64,000 nt of DNA from Dehalococcoidia bacterium. Lineage in GTDB: Bacteria; Chloroflexota; Dehalococcoidia; Lucifugimonadales; CBDEGW01. The DNA lies in NCBI GenBank assembly GCA_965237935.1, contig OZ250168.1, positions 464,218 to 528,217 of the forward strand, in the 5' to 3' direction. The number at the start of each line of letters is the position of its first letter. Positions within the stretch are counted from its first letter, which is position 1. Under the pieces are notes generated by a model, which saw only the letters and a program-made list of their open reading frames with translations, was not told where the DNA came from and did not search any database. Positions 36,478-47,281 of the stretch are shown piece after piece. A program made the position numbers and the translations under genes.

Positions 36478-37305
36478 ATGTTAGCCGGCGAATCCCGATA
36501 CGCCGACGTCGATGGGGTCAATACTCATTACGTAGTAGCAGGGGAGGGGCCTCCTCTGCTACTACTTCATGGCTTGGGCGCCTCCGTCATTACCTGGCGG
36601 GACAACATAGGCCCCCTATCTGAGCGTTTCCAGGTATATGCCATAGACCTGCCAGGCCACGGCGATACGGATAAGCCGAACATTGACTACTCCATGGACA
36701 CGGTGATGGATTATATGCATCGCCTGTTGGAGGTGCTAGGCCTGGAGCGGTGCTCCTTCATCGGGAACTCAACCGGTGGTGCGCTGGCCCTAAAAATGAG
36801 CCTGGACTCCCCAGAAAAGGTCGACAAGCTGGTGCTGGTGGATAGCGCCAGCCTTGGCCGGGAGCTGTCCATCTATATTCGCCTGGTCTCCCTGCCCATC
36901 CTCGGGAATATCCTGGAGAGCTCGCAGGTTGGCGGCACCAAGTTTATGCTCAAGGGAGTCTTCTATGATGAGAGGTTTGTGAGCGAGGAATTGCTGCAAG
37001 AGCTATATAGAAGCAGGCAGATGCCGGGAGCCAAGGAGGCCGTGATCAGGAGCGTGAAATACGGGGTGAGCCTCTTTGGCATGCGAAAAAGGGTTCTGTT
37101 AAACGGTCATATCAAAGGGCTTAAGCCTCCCCTCCTTCTGGTATGGGGCGCCAACGACCAGATCCTTCCGGTGTCCCATGCCTACAGAACCCTGAGAGAT
37201 GTCCCCCACGCTCAGCTCAAGGTCTTCCAGCAATGCGGGCACTGGCCTCACATGGAGAAGGCCCAGGAGTTCAACGAGCTTGTGATGGACTTCCTCTCCT
37301 CGTAA
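36478..37305 (+). CDS. alpha/beta-fold hydrolase
   Basis: 275 aa. LLLLHGLG, nucleophile elbow GNSTGG, C-terminal CGHWPHME. Confidence 0.8.
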   Translation: MLAGESRYADVDGVNTHYVVAGEGPPLLLLHGLGASVITWRDNIGPLSERFQVYAIDLPGHGDTDKPNIDYSMDTVMDYMHRLLEVLGLERCSFIGNSTGGALALKMSLDSPEKVDKLVLVDSASLGRELSIYIRLVSLPILGNILESSQVGGTKFMLKGVFYDERFVSEELLQELYRSRQMPGAKEAVIRSVKYGVSLFGMRKRVLLNGHIKGLKPPLLLVWGANDQILPVSHAYRTLRDVPHAQLKVFQQCGHWPHMEKAQEFNELVMDFLSS

Positions 37306-37329
37306 GACTTATTCTGACCAGGAGCCCTA

Positions 37330-37935
37330 ATGGAATCCATATCCAAGGACTCTTTTGGTCGCCGTCTCAGAGACCTGACCAGTCGCAGGCGAACCGAATT
37401 TCGGCTTGCCCTTCTGCTATTGGTCATCCTGGCCATGCTGAGCGTCTGGTTTCTGCGAGACCTAATCCCAGACGCCAAGACCTCCGTTGGTTATCCAGGC
37501 ATTCTACTGCTAAATTTCCTTGCCGCCTTCTCCTTCGTCGTGCCCATGCCGGCCATCGCGGCAGTGTGTGGCGGTGGACTTCTCCTGAACCCGGTGGCCG
37601 TGGCCCTGGTGGCCGGCACCGGGGAGGCCCTGGGAGAGCTATCGGGGTATGCCCTGGGCTATGGAGGCCGGTCTGTAGTCGAAAACCGCCGAGTCTATAC
37701 GATGGTGCGGAGATGGATGGAGAAACGCGGGACCCTCCTCCTCTTTCTAGCCTCGGTGATACCCAACCCCGCCTTCGATCTGCTGGGCATTGCCGCGGGG
37801 AGTCTCCGGTTCCCCCTGCGTCGTTTTCTGCTGGCGGTTTGGGCGGGTAAAGTGCTGAAGGCGCTATTAGTGGCCTACGGCTGTCTTTACTCTATCGATC
37901 TGATCTCCGACTTTTTACGTATAGATATTAACTAA
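37330..37935 (+). CDS. YqaA/DedA (VTT-domain)-like membrane protein
   Basis: 201 aa, multi-TM. GELSGYALGYGG and IPNPAFDLLGIAAG motifs. Confidence 0.7.
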   Translation: MESISKDSFGRRLRDLTSRRRTEFRLALLLLVILAMLSVWFLRDLIPDAKTSVGYPGILLLNFLAAFSFVVPMPAIAAVCGGGLLLNPVAVALVAGTGEALGELSGYALGYGGRSVVENRRVYTMVRRWMEKRGTLLLFLASVIPNPAFDLLGIAAGSLRFPLRRFLLAVWAGKVLKALLVAYGCLYSIDLISDFLRIDIN

Positions 37936-37947
37936 GACATGGCGACT

Positions 37948-37976
37948 TTGACATGGAAAAACGCGTGTGGTATCAT
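37948..37976 (+). promoter_or_regulatory. strong promoter upstream of the yacL-ispD-ispF-cysS unit
   Basis: TTGACA (37948..37953), 17-nt spacer, TATCAT (37971..37976) with an extended-10-like TG one nt upstream. Confidence 0.55.
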
Positions 37977-38140
37977 GGTTATGTAATTAAACCACCCTGC
38001 CTGCCGTCCTATAGTTCCGGGGCCTCCAAAGTATATTTACCATTTATGTGGGGAGCCTATGGTGAGGAAAATGCAGGGCAGGACAATTGGTATTATCCTT
38101 TTTTCCTATTGTCCAACGGGGGGTTGAGGAGGTGGAAACC

Positions 38141-39196
38141 GTGACGGCTGCGTGGAAAATGCGCCTGTTGGGAGCTGTCTTACTCGGGATGGGAGGTTGG
38201 GGGCTAGCCGAATACATCGTAGATGCCAGCGACTCAACGAGTCGCCTCCCATGGGTCCTGGCCCTCGCCATAGGTGGTGGGGTTCTAGGCCTGGCAGCAG
38301 CGCCTTATGTGGCTGGTTTAACCCTGGGCCGACTAGCTAAACTCCTGGCGAGCCTTCAAACTACCACTATTCTCCTGGCGACCATAGGACTTATATTAGG
38401 TCTAGTTATCGCCTTCTTCCTGTCCATTCCCTTCTCCCGCATCGCAGGATGGCCTGGAGTCGCCGCTCCCATTGGGCTGAGCCTCCTCTTTGGCTATCTG
38501 GGCATGGTGCTAATGCTATCCCGAGGAAGGGATCTCCTCAGTTTCCTCCCTCAGACCAGGATGCCCGCTGGCAATAGCAACAGCGCTCCTTCCCGCAATG
38601 GGCAAATCCTCCTGGACACCAGCGCCATCATCGACGGACGGATAGCCGACATCACTAATACGGGGTTTCTCTACGGGACCCTGGTGATTCCCCGGTTCGT
38701 GCTGGATGAGCTGAGGCATATCGCCGATTCCAGCGATGCCCTCCGCCGCAACCGCGGCAGAAGAGGGCTGGAAATGCTCAACAAGCTGCGCAAAGAGGCC
38801 GATATCCCCCTCCAAGTACTGGATCTTGACGTGAGCAACGGCGGCACCGAGGTGGACGCAAAGCTGGTGTATTTGGCCAAAGACCTGCATGCCTTCATTG
38901 TAACCACGGACTTTAACCTCAACCGGGTAGCCGAGCTCCAGGGCGTACAGGTCCTTAACATCAACGAGCTGGCCAACTCTCTCAAACCCGTGGTTCTACC
39001 TGGCGAGGAGATGGCTGTCAGGGTGATCCAGGAAGGTAAAGAGCCCGGACAGGGCGTTGGGTTCCTGGACGATGGGACCATGGTGGTGGTGGAAGGCGGC
39101 AGACGGTATATCAACTCCCATCTGGATGTCCAGGTCACCCGAGTGCTCCAGACGGCGGCGGGGCGTATAATCTTCGCACAACCCAAGGGTCTCTGA
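38141..39196 (+). CDS. PIN + TRAM domain membrane-anchored protein (YacL-like)
   Basis: Start moved to GTG 38141 (GAGGAGGTGG upstream). TM segments, PIN (ILLDTSAIIDGRI) and a C-terminal TRAM-like beta domain. Conserved position upstream of ispD. Confidence 0.8.
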   Translation: MTAAWKMRLLGAVLLGMGGWGLAEYIVDASDSTSRLPWVLALAIGGGVLGLAAAPYVAGLTLGRLAKLLASLQTTTILLATIGLILGLVIAFFLSIPFSRIAGWPGVAAPIGLSLLFGYLGMVLMLSRGRDLLSFLPQTRMPAGNSNSAPSRNGQILLDTSAIIDGRIADITNTGFLYGTLVIPRFVLDELRHIADSSDALRRNRGRRGLEMLNKLRKEADIPLQVLDLDVSNGGTEVDAKLVYLAKDLHAFIVTTDFNLNRVAELQGVQVLNINELANSLKPVVLPGEEMAVRVIQEGKEPGQGVGFLDDGTMVVVEGGRRYINSHLDVQVTRVLQTAAGRIIFAQPKGL

Positions 39197-39199
39197 TTC

Positions 39200-39922
39200 T
39201 TGAAGCCAGACCAGGGCACCGGCCCGGTCAGCTACCATGACCGTGTGGGCGCCGTTGTGGTGGCCGCGGGCAGCAGCCAACGCATGGAGGGAACAGACAA
39301 GACCTTTGCGCCGCTCCTGGGAAGACCCCTTCTTTTCTACAGCCTCATGTCACTCCACTCCTCCTCCCTGGTGAGCTACATTGTTCTGGTCCTGAGTCGA
39401 GATAACCTGGCTAAAGGCCGAGAGCTGGTCGAATCCAACCAGTGGGGCAAGGTCGATCAGCTGTGTACTGGAGGCCAGCGCCGCCAGGACTCGGTGAGCA
39501 ACGGGCTGCGTCATCTGAGCGACTGCGAGTGGGTGCTGGTACATGATGCGGCCCGGCCCCTGCTGGACGAAGGCATGATCCAACGCGGGCTCTCTGCGGC
39601 CCTGGAAGCGGGCGCAGCCGTGGCCGCCGTTCCAGTCAAAGATACTATCAAGGTAACGGACTCCCAGGGCCTGGTAGTGGACACGCCATCCAGGGACACA
39701 CTCTGGGCCGTCCAGACACCTCAAATATTCCGCAGAGACCTGCTGGAGAAGGCCCACCGCCGAATTAGTGAGACGGTAACCGACGACGCTCGAATGGTTG
39801 AGCTGATCGGGGGGCGGGTAAAGGTGTTCCACGGCTCCTACGATAACCTGAAAGTTACCACACCAGAGGACCTGACCATTGTTGAAGCCATCCTGGCTGC
39901 AAGGAGCTCGTTTCAGAGCTGA
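39200..39922 (+). CDS. ispD: 2-C-methyl-D-erythritol 4-phosphate cytidylyltransferase
   Basis: 240 aa. AVVVAAGSSQRM and VLVHDAARP motifs. The exact start is uncertain (TTG 39200 or GTG 39245). Confidence 0.85.
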   Translation: MKPDQGTGPVSYHDRVGAVVVAAGSSQRMEGTDKTFAPLLGRPLLFYSLMSLHSSSLVSYIVLVLSRDNLAKGRELVESNQWGKVDQLCTGGQRRQDSVSNGLRHLSDCEWVLVHDAARPLLDEGMIQRGLSAALEAGAAVAAVPVKDTIKVTDSQGLVVDTPSRDTLWAVQTPQIFRRDLLEKAHRRISETVTDDARMVELIGGRVKVFHGSYDNLKVTTPEDLTIVEAILAARSSFQS

Positions 39923-39991
39923 TCCTTCGGTCCCACCTCAGCGTGAGAGGCATCTATTGCCCAACTGAAGGCGGGGGTGCCAAAGTAACCG

Positions 39992-40474
39992 ATGTCTATT
40001 CGCACTGGATTTGGATACGACGTGCACGCCCTGGTGGAGGGTAGGCCCCTTATCCTGGGCGGCGTGGCCATCCCCTTTGAGAGGGGGCTGGCGGGCCACA
40101 GCGACGGCGACGTCCTCATGCACGCCATCATTGACGCCCTTCTTGGGGCAGCCTCTCTGGGAGACATCGGGGCCCACTTCCCCTCCAGCGATGAGCGCTA
40201 TCGAGACATCGCCAGCTCTCTTCTCCTGGAGGAGGTCAAAAAGTTCGTGGACCAAAATCAATGGCGTATCCTTCACCTCGATGCTACAATAGTCGCCGAA
40301 TTTCCCAAGGTAGGTCCCTACGTAAACCAGATGCGAGAGACCATCGCCAGACTCCTGGGCAAGGAGAAGGAGTCCGTCAACATCAAGGCCACCACCACAG
40401 ATGGCTTAGGCTTCACCGGCCGAGGTGAAGGCATCGCCGCCTACTGCGTCGCCACGCTGGAGGAGACGGCATGA
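39992..40474 (+). CDS. ispF: 2-C-methyl-D-erythritol 2,4-cyclodiphosphate synthase
   Basis: 160 aa. GFGYDVHAL .. GHSDGDVLMHAI motifs. Confidence 0.95.
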   Translation: MSIRTGFGYDVHALVEGRPLILGGVAIPFERGLAGHSDGDVLMHAIIDALLGAASLGDIGAHFPSSDERYRDIASSLLLEEVKKFVDQNQWRILHLDATIVAEFPKVGPYVNQMRETIARLLGKEKESVNIKATTTDGLGFTGRGEGIAAYCVATLEETA

Positions 40475-41838
40475 GGCTATACAATACCCTCTCAAGACAG
40501 AAGGAGGCGCTCACCTCCAGCGACGGCACGGTCAATATGTACGTCTGCGGCATTACGCCCTACGCCCAATCTCACATCGGCCATGCCATGTGTTATGTCG
40601 TCTTCGACGTCCTGAGGCGTTACCTGGAGTTCAAGGGGTTCCAGGTGCAACACGTGCAAAACTTCACCGATATAGACGACAAGCTCATCAATGGTGCTAA
40701 CCACCTGGGCATACCGGTGGAGGAGTTGGCGGAGCGATACATCGACGAGTATTTTCAGAATATGGACGCCCTCAATATAATGAGGGCCCACATCTATCCC
40801 AGGGCGACTCAGGAGATACCTGGGATCCTTAAAATCATTGGCTCTCTGGTGGAGAAGGGGTACGCCTATCCCTCCGATGGCGACGTTTATTACCGGGTCC
40901 AGAAGGCTCAGGGATATGGGAAGCTGGGACACCGCACCCTGGAGGGGATGATGGCCGGGGCCAGGGTAGAGCCCAGTGCCGCCAAAGAGCACCCCATGGA
41001 TTTTGCCCTGTGGAAGGGCTCGAAGCCAGGAGAGCCTTCGTGGGATAGCCCTTGGGGCAAGGGCAGGCCTGGATGGCATATCGAGTGCAGCGCCATGTCC
41101 CTGGAGTACATCGGCGCCACCGTGGACATCCACGGTGGCGGCCAGGACCTGATCTTCCCCCACCACGAGAACGAGATAGCCCAGAGCGAGGCTTACACCG
41201 GGATCGCTCCCTCCGTCAAGTTCTGGGTCCACAACGGCCTACTGCGCATGGGTGAGGACAAGATGAGCAAGTCCCTAGGCAACCTGGTGACAGTTCAGGA
41301 GGCCCTGGAACGCTACGGTCCTGATGCCCTTCGGCTCTTCTTCTTAAGCTCCCACTATCGCAGTCCTCTGACCTATTCCGAGGAGGCCATCGCGTCCCAG
41401 GAAAGGGCTGCGGAGCGCCTTCGTAACGCGGTGAGAGAGGTCACGCCCGAAGGCGATGATGCCCTGGACTCGATGCCCTATAGAGACCGCTTCCTGACCG
41501 CCATGGATGATGACCTGAACACCCCCCAGGCTTTGGCCTCCCTCTTTGACATGGCCCGAGATATCAACCGCGGCAAGGAGGAGGGTCGCAGCGTGAAGGA
41601 GGCTCAGGGGACCCTTAGGGACCTGGCTGGCCTCCTGGGCATAACCCTCACAGAAGCGGAGGCAGCCCACAAGAGGGACTCTGCTCCCTTCATCGAGCTG
41701 CTGGTGGAGACCAGGGAGACCTTGAGGACCGCCAAACGGTTCGATCTGGCAGACCTCATTCGGGACCGGCTGGCGGAGTTGGGAGTGGCCCTGGAGGACA
41801 CGCCCGGCGGCACCCTATGGAAGCTTACCCGCCCTTAG
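40471..41838 (+). CDS. cysS: cysteine--tRNA ligase
   Basis: 455 aa. HIGH motif (SHIGHAM) and KMSKS. 4-nt overlap with ispF. Confidence 0.95.
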   Translation: MRLYNTLSRQKEALTSSDGTVNMYVCGITPYAQSHIGHAMCYVVFDVLRRYLEFKGFQVQHVQNFTDIDDKLINGANHLGIPVEELAERYIDEYFQNMDALNIMRAHIYPRATQEIPGILKIIGSLVEKGYAYPSDGDVYYRVQKAQGYGKLGHRTLEGMMAGARVEPSAAKEHPMDFALWKGSKPGEPSWDSPWGKGRPGWHIECSAMSLEYIGATVDIHGGGQDLIFPHHENEIAQSEAYTGIAPSVKFWVHNGLLRMGEDKMSKSLGNLVTVQEALERYGPDALRLFFLSSHYRSPLTYSEEAIASQERAAERLRNAVREVTPEGDDALDSMPYRDRFLTAMDDDLNTPQALASLFDMARDINRGKEEGRSVKEAQGTLRDLAGLLGITLTEAEAAHKRDSAPFIELLVETRETLRTAKRFDLADLIRDRLAELGVALEDTPGGTLWKLTRP

Positions 41839-41920
41839 CCGTGGCGCAGTCTTTTATGCGTCTCTGCTATCCCTTTCGTAATACAGCCCTCAGCTATCTC
41901 CCGGTATTGGAGCTTGACCG

Positions 41921-43336
41921 ATGAAGGAACGCCTCGTCGAAGACCTGAAGGCCCTCCTGGATGGCGACTCCAAGGTGACCACTGCCCAGGAGGAGCTGGA
42001 GTTCTTCTCCGGCGATGCCCTGGGGGTCTATAGGGCCTTCCGTGCCAGGGAGAAACTGGACGCCAGGCCTGGGGTGGTGGTTCACCCCACTACCACGGAG
42101 GAGGTGTCCAGCGTCATGAGGCTGGCCAGCCAGAAAGGGGTCCCGGTGGTTCCTAGAGGCGGCGGCACCGGCGTAATGGGCGGCGCCGTCACCGTCGAGG
42201 GATGTATCGTGATAGACCTCACGGGCATGGACCGCATCAGGGATATCAGCAGGGAGGACAGGGCCGCCCGCGTAGAAGCGGGGGTGGTCCTACAGGAGCT
42301 GGAGGAGGCCCTGAACAGCGAGGGCTTGCTCTTGGGCCACGACCCCTGGAGCCTGCCCATCGCCACGGTGGGCGGGGCCATATCCACCGACGGCATGGGG
42401 TATAGAGCCGCCAAGTACGGCTCCATGGGCCAGCAGGTGCTGGGCCTTGAGGTGGTGCTGCCCAGCGGCGACGTGGTCACCACCCGAGAATTGCCCAAGC
42501 CCTTGGCGGGGCCATCCCTTCAGCAGCTCTTCATCGGCTCAGAGGGGACTCTGGGAATCATTACCAGCGCGATGGTTATGGCCTTCCCAATGCCCGAGGA
42601 GCGGATCATCAGAGCCATAGCCTTCCCCGACTTCGAGGCCGGCTTCCGGGCCGTCCAGGAGCTCTATGCCCGGGGCGTGATGCCGGCGATGGTCGATTAC
42701 GGCGAGGAGCCCCTGACAAGGGGGGAGGATGGCTCGGGCGGCGCCACTCTTTACCTGGGCTTCGAGGGTTTCCGGGAGATGGTGCGCGCCCAGGATAAGA
42801 GGACTACGAAGATATGCCAGACCCTGGGAGGCACCGACGAGGGGCAGGAGGAGGCCACGCATTTCTGGGAGACACGCCACGCCTCCGGCGAGAGGTATAA
42901 GCGAGAGGTGCTGGAGAGCCCAAGGCGCGGTGAGGCCCGCCGTAGTCGCTCCCGCTACCAGATGGACTACCTGCACGTGGCTCTGCCCGCTTCCAGGGTC
43001 CTGGAGTACAGAGGGCGCTGCCAGGAGATCCTGTCTGGGTACCCCATATCGGTGAGAGAGTGGTCCTTATGGGCCAGGCCTGAGTTCTTCTCCTTCCTCA
43101 TCGTCCCGGATGACTCTCTCGATGCCTCAGCCTCCGACGATATGGCCCAAGCAGTGGACCGGGTCCTTTCCCTGGCCCAAGACATGGGAGGCTCCATGGA
43201 ATACTGCCACGGTGTGGGGATCAAGTTTGCCCACCTCATGGAGAGGGAGCTGGGATCGGGCATGGGCCTACTGCGGCAGATCAAGAAGGCCCTGGACCCC
43301 AAGGGCATCCTGAATCCAGGGACTCTGAGACTGTAA
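41921..43336 (+). CDS. FAD-linked oxidase (GlcD/D-lactate dehydrogenase family)
   Basis: 471 aa. FAD_binding_4-type PRGGGTGVMGG and a C-terminal FAD-oxidase_C region. Confidence 0.8.
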   Translation: MKERLVEDLKALLDGDSKVTTAQEELEFFSGDALGVYRAFRAREKLDARPGVVVHPTTTEEVSSVMRLASQKGVPVVPRGGGTGVMGGAVTVEGCIVIDLTGMDRIRDISREDRAARVEAGVVLQELEEALNSEGLLLGHDPWSLPIATVGGAISTDGMGYRAAKYGSMGQQVLGLEVVLPSGDVVTTRELPKPLAGPSLQQLFIGSEGTLGIITSAMVMAFPMPEERIIRAIAFPDFEAGFRAVQELYARGVMPAMVDYGEEPLTRGEDGSGGATLYLGFEGFREMVRAQDKRTTKICQTLGGTDEGQEEATHFWETRHASGERYKREVLESPRRGEARRSRSRYQMDYLHVALPASRVLEYRGRCQEILSGYPISVREWSLWARPEFFSFLIVPDDSLDASASDDMAQAVDRVLSLAQDMGGSMEYCHGVGIKFAHLMERELGSGMGLLRQIKKALDPKGILNPGTLRL

Positions 43337-43351
43337 AACACGGAATAGCTG

Positions 43352-44182
43352 CTAGCCGCCCACCACCTCCACCATCTGCCCCACCTTCGCGCCCAGCATC
43401 GTCTGGGCATTGCCGTTCCTGACCGAGACCTCCAGATATCCGTGGCTCCCTACTATGGCCAGGAGCTCTTCCCCATGGACGTAGGAGGGGCTGATGCCCT
43501 GAATCATGCGTCCCGCCACTGCTATCCGTACTGCCCCTGCTGGTAGTCTATCGGCGGGGATGTTGCTGACCAGGTTTCCAAAGTGGTCTATGTGGATGAT
43601 GTGCCCCTCCAGCGCCTCCTCCTTCTCCACCGGGTCCGTCAGGTTCAGATAGACCAGCCTATCAACCCTCTCTCCCATCTCGTCAGGCGACCTCCCCTTG
43701 GAGAGGTGGGCGGCCACCGGGGCGAAGATATCCCTGCCGTGGAAGGTCTGGCTCACCGGATGCCGCCAAAAGTCGGGGTTGGTCAGGGCGAAGGCCGCGC
43801 AGGTGGAGGGCACCTGCACCTCCAAAGGGGCCAGAAACTCCTCCTGGTCTAGTCCTGTGGCCCCATTGGCTCTGAGCACGTAGGTCAGCAACCCATTGTC
43901 GGGGGCCAGGAACCAGGCGTCCTGGGTAGATAGCAGAATGGCCCTCCTGGAGGTGCCTACTCCCGGGTCCACAACGGCGATGTGTATGGAGCCCGGAGGG
44001 AAAAAGGGGTAGGAGGTCCCCAGCACGAAGGCGCCGTGGGCCACATCCTGGGGCGGCACGCTGTGAGAGACATCTACTAGGGAAACACCGAGGTTTATGC
44101 CCAGGATCACGCCCTTCATGGCGGCGACGTAGGCGTCCTGGCTGCCAAAGTCGGTGGTGAGAGTGATGATGGGACTACTCAT
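43352..44182 (-). CDS. SAM hydroxide adenosyltransferase family protein (DUF62 / SAM-dependent halogenase-like)
   Basis: 276 aa. IITLTTDFGSQDAYVAAMKGVI N-terminal signature. Confidence 0.8.
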   Translation of the reverse strand: MSSPIITLTTDFGSQDAYVAAMKGVILGINLGVSLVDVSHSVPPQDVAHGAFVLGTSYPFFPPGSIHIAVVDPGVGTSRRAILLSTQDAWFLAPDNGLLTYVLRANGATGLDQEEFLAPLEVQVPSTCAAFALTNPDFWRHPVSQTFHGRDIFAPVAAHLSKGRSPDEMGERVDRLVYLNLTDPVEKEEALEGHIIHIDHFGNLVSNIPADRLPAGAVRIAVAGRMIQGISPSYVHGEELLAIVGSHGYLEVSVRNGNAQTMLGAKVGQMVEVVGG

Positions 44183-44219
44183 TAGAATTTCTTCCCACCA
44201 ACCCTCGGATTGCGTCTTT

Positions 44220-44453
44220 CTAAAAGAGGCTCGGGCGAGATACGAAAAGGGCGCTCAGGATGGACAGCAGGATGAAAAGGCCCACCATGCCTATTGTGAA
44301 CTGAAATATGGTCTTTTCTATGCCTCTTCGGGACCGGAAGGAGGCCTCCGCCGAACCAAAGAAGCCAGAACCCTGGCCCTTGACCTGCATGAGGATGATA
44401 CCAATTACCATGGCGGCAACCAGGATTTGCGCAAAATTGAGAAAAGTCTCCAT
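44220..44453 (-). CDS. secG: preprotein translocase subunit SecG
   Basis: 77 aa, two TM helices. LMQVKGQGSGFFG loop typical of SecG. Confidence 0.8.
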   Translation of the reverse strand: METFLNFAQILVAAMVIGIILMQVKGQGSGFFGSAEASFRSRRGIEKTIFQFTIGMVGLFILLSILSALFVSRPSLF

Positions 44454-44492
44454 ACCTTAGTCTTCCATCATCTTTTCACCAAACAGTCCAAC

Positions 44493-45788
44493 CTAACCCG
44501 CCATTACTTTAGCCATATCTGGGTGGCCAGTCTTATTATAGCTATCATACAAGTCCATCAGCACCGATGCCAGCTTTTTGGGGTCGTGGTGCAAGCGGAA
44601 ATCCCTGTTCACCACGTCGGCTGTGACTACTGGAACCTTGCTATGGACGTCCCCGTCCAGCGGCACGGGCGAAGCTAGGAACTGGGGCCCCAGCGGAGCG
44701 ACGTTATCGTTGGCCAGTACGTAGTCCACTAGATTGGGGCCGGCGTGTCGCTGAAGGGCTTCCAGGTGGTCGGCCACGGAGAAGCCGTCGGTCTCCCCCT
44801 TCTGGGTGGCGACGTTGCAGACGAAGACTTTCATGGCCTGGGACCGACTGATAGCTGCCCCAATACCCTTGACCAGGAGGTTAGGTAGAATACTGGTGTA
44901 GAGGCTGCCCGGACCTATGATGATGAACTGAGCGTCGGCTATAGCCTGCACTGCGTCGGGATAAGCCTCCGCGTCGTCGGGCTCCAGGTACAGCCGCTTT
45001 ATCTTGCCTCCGCGCTCGGTGATACTGGACTCGCCCCGGACTATAGCTTCGTCGTCCATCTGGGCGGTGAGACTCATGCTGGCCAGGGTTGAAGGCAGAA
45101 TTTCACCCCGCACAGCCAGTACCCGGCTGGACTCATATATCGCCCTCTCAAAGCTGCCCGTGACCCCTGACATAGCCACTATGAAGAGGTTGCCAAAGCT
45201 GTGCCCCTCCAGCCCGGAACCTTTGCCAAACCGGTACTGGAAAAGCCTGGTGACCAGAGGCTCAGCGTCGGCCATAGCCACCAGGCAGTCCCGGAAGTCC
45301 CCAGGGGGAAGGATGCCCAGCTCCCGGCGCAGGCGTCCAGAGCTTCCCCCGTCATCGGCCACGGTGACGATGGCGGTGAGGTTGCTGGTGTGCTCCTTCA
45401 ATCCCCTCAGCAGAGTGGAGAGGCCCGTACCACCGCCGATGGCCACCACCAGAGGCCCCCTCTCGCGCTGGCGAAGGCTGTAGAGGGTGTGAGCCAGGCT
45501 GTCGCTACTGTGGGAGGATAGAAGCAGGGGGCCTACCGAGCGGTAGAAGCCGTAGGCGGCAACGCAGATGACCGCCAGCCCCAGAAGACCAAAAAGAAGG
45601 CCCTGGGCCCAATAGGGTAAAAGTTTGGGGAAAGGACTATCAAAGAAGCTGGTAAGAACGTACGCCACCCCCAAGGCAGCGACAACCAGCCCCACCCCTC
45701 CCAGGAGGAGCCATCGCTTGAACCGTAGGCCTGGATACAGCAGCCTAAGAGCGTCCTGGAGGCCAGAGCTTTGCTCCTTCAGGCTCAT
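44493..45788 (-). CDS. YvcK/CofD-family (gluconeogenesis factor-like) protein with N-terminal TM segments
   Basis: 431 aa. [18 protein letters not shown] signature. Confidence 0.8.
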   Translation of the reverse strand: MSLKEQSSGLQDALRLLYPGLRFKRWLLLGGVGLVVAALGVAYVLTSFFDSPFPKLLPYWAQGLLFGLLGLAVICVAAYGFYRSVGPLLLSSHSSDSLAHTLYSLRQRERGPLVVAIGGGTGLSTLLRGLKEHTSNLTAIVTVADDGGSSGRLRRELGILPPGDFRDCLVAMADAEPLVTRLFQYRFGKGSGLEGHSFGNLFIVAMSGVTGSFERAIYESSRVLAVRGEILPSTLASMSLTAQMDDEAIVRGESSITERGGKIKRLYLEPDDAEAYPDAVQAIADAQFIIIGPGSLYTSILPNLLVKGIGAAISRSQAMKVFVCNVATQKGETDGFSVADHLEALQRHAGPNLVDYVLANDNVAPLGPQFLASPVPLDGDVHSKVPVVTADVVNRDFRLHHDPKKLASVLMDLYDSYNKTGHPDMAKVMAG

Positions 45789-47281
45789 CTCTCCACCATC
45801 TGGGAGAGCTTCTCCGTGATGAGGTCGTTTACCAGACCGGGGTCGGCCTTGCCCCTGGTCAGCTTCATTACCTGGCCCACCAGGAATTTAGCGGCGGTCT
45901 CCTTGCCGCCCAGGTAGTCCTGGACCGCCTGGGGGTTGCCGGCGATGGCTTCATCAACGGCGCTGGAGATGGCCCCTGTGTCCCGCAACTGGACGAGGCC
46001 CTTCTCCTCCACCACCAGGGACGGCCTGTGGCCGGTGTGGAACATCTCCTCGAAGACCGTCTTGGCCATGGTGGTGCTGAGGGTCCCGGAGTCCACCAGA
46101 TCCAGCAGCTCCACCAGATGGGGAGGTTGGACCTTCAACTGGTCCGTCTCCTGGCCGGTGGCGTTCATAAGCCGGGCCATCTCTCCCAGCATCAAGTTGG
46201 CGATGGCCTTGTATCTTCCACTATTGGCCGCCTGGCCGGACCTCCTATCGTTCTCTTCGGTGCACGTCTCAAAGAAGTCCGCCATTGCTTTGCTCAGGGT
46301 TAGCTGTCGAGCGTCGTACTCCGGCAAGCCATAATCCTCCACGAGGCGCCTACGACGCGCGTCCGGCAGCTCTGGTAGGGCTGCCCTTAGCTCCTCCACC
46401 CACTGGCGGGAGATGACAAGAGGAGGCAGGTCCGGCTCCGGGAAGTATCGATAGTCGTGAGCATGCTCCTTGGAGCGCTGCGATACTGTGACGCCCCTTT
46501 CCTCCACCCATCCCCGAGTCTCCTGAACAACGCGCTCCCCCTTCTCCAAGACCTTCTTCTGGCGCTGCACCTCGTACTCCAGGGCGCGGAACACCGAGCG
46601 GAAGCTGTTCATGTTCTTGACTTCAGCCCTAGTGGCCAGCTCTTGAGTTCCCCTGGGACGTATGCTGATGTTGGCGTCGCAACGGAAGCTACCTTCCTCC
46701 ATATTGCCAGTGCTGACCTCCAGATACCGGAGAATGGACCGCAGCTTGATCAGGTACTGGCGAGCCTCCTCTGGAGAGCGGAGGTCAGGTTCGCCGACGG
46801 TCTCCATCAGTGGCACGCCCGCTCGGTTTACATCCATCAGGGTATAGCTCTCGCCGCTGCCGTCGGCCCTGTGGAGGAGCTTGGCCACGTCCTCCTCTAG
46901 ATGGACCCTGGTGATGCCCACCCGCTTTACCTGGCCGTCCACCTCGATGTCTATCCAGCCGTTTTTGGCTATCGGCTCATCGTACTGGGAGATCTGATAC
47001 CCCTTCATCAGGTCCGGGTAGGGGTAGTTCTTGCGGTCGAACTTGGTCTGCTCCGCGATGGCGCAGTTCAGGGCCAGGCCCGTCATAATGGTGTACTCCA
47101 CGGCCCGCTTGTTGATGACGGGTAGCACTCCCGGCATTCCCAGGCACACGGGACAGACGCGGGTGTTGGGCGGAGCGTTCTGGTAGTCGGCGCCGCAGGA
47201 GCAGAACATCTTGCTCTGAGTCAGTAGCTGGGCATGGACCTCCAGCCCTATGACAGTTTCGTATTCAACCGCTACTACCAT
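45785..47281 (-). CDS. gatB: Asp/Glu-tRNA amidotransferase subunit B
   Basis: Start moved to ATG 47281 ([19 protein letters not shown] is the canonical GatB N-terminus). The 40 codons upstream in the track ORF look non-coding. Confidence 0.9.
   Translation of the reverse strand: MVVAVEYETVIGLEVHAQLLTQSKMFCSCGADYQNAPPNTRVCPVCLGMPGVLPVINKRAVEYTIMTGLALNCAIAEQTKFDRKNYPYPDLMKGYQISQYDEPIAKNGWIDIEVDGQVKRVGITRVHLEEDVAKLLHRADGSGESYTLMDVNRAGVPLMETVGEPDLRSPEEARQYLIKLRSILRYLEVSTGNMEEGSFRCDANISIRPRGTQELATRAEVKNMNSFRSVFRALEYEVQRQKKVLEKGERVVQETRGWVEERGVTVSQRSKEHAHDYRYFPEPDLPPLVISRQWVEELRAALPELPDARRRRLVEDYGLPEYDARQLTLSKAMADFFETCTEENDRRSGQAANSGRYKAIANLMLGEMARLMNATGQETDQLKVQPPHLVELLDLVDSGTLSTTMAKTVFEEMFHTGHRPSLVVEEKGLVQLRDTGAISSAVDEAIAGNPQAVQDYLGGKETAAKFLVGQVMKLTRGKADPGLVNDLITEKLSQMVER

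Noticed and set aside
37977-38140. A T-box riboswitch controlling the cysS-containing operon.
   Set aside because: I found no AGAGA/GNUGGUA-type specifier-domain features and no T-box 14-mer on the plus strand. The only GGGTGGT string is on the wrong strand.
37953-38144. 63-aa ORF MEKRVWYHGYVIKPPCLP.. as a gene.
   Set aside because: It has no SD and begins inside the -35/-10 region of a strong promoter. Its composition is aromatic-rich and atypical. It is more likely a non-coding leader.
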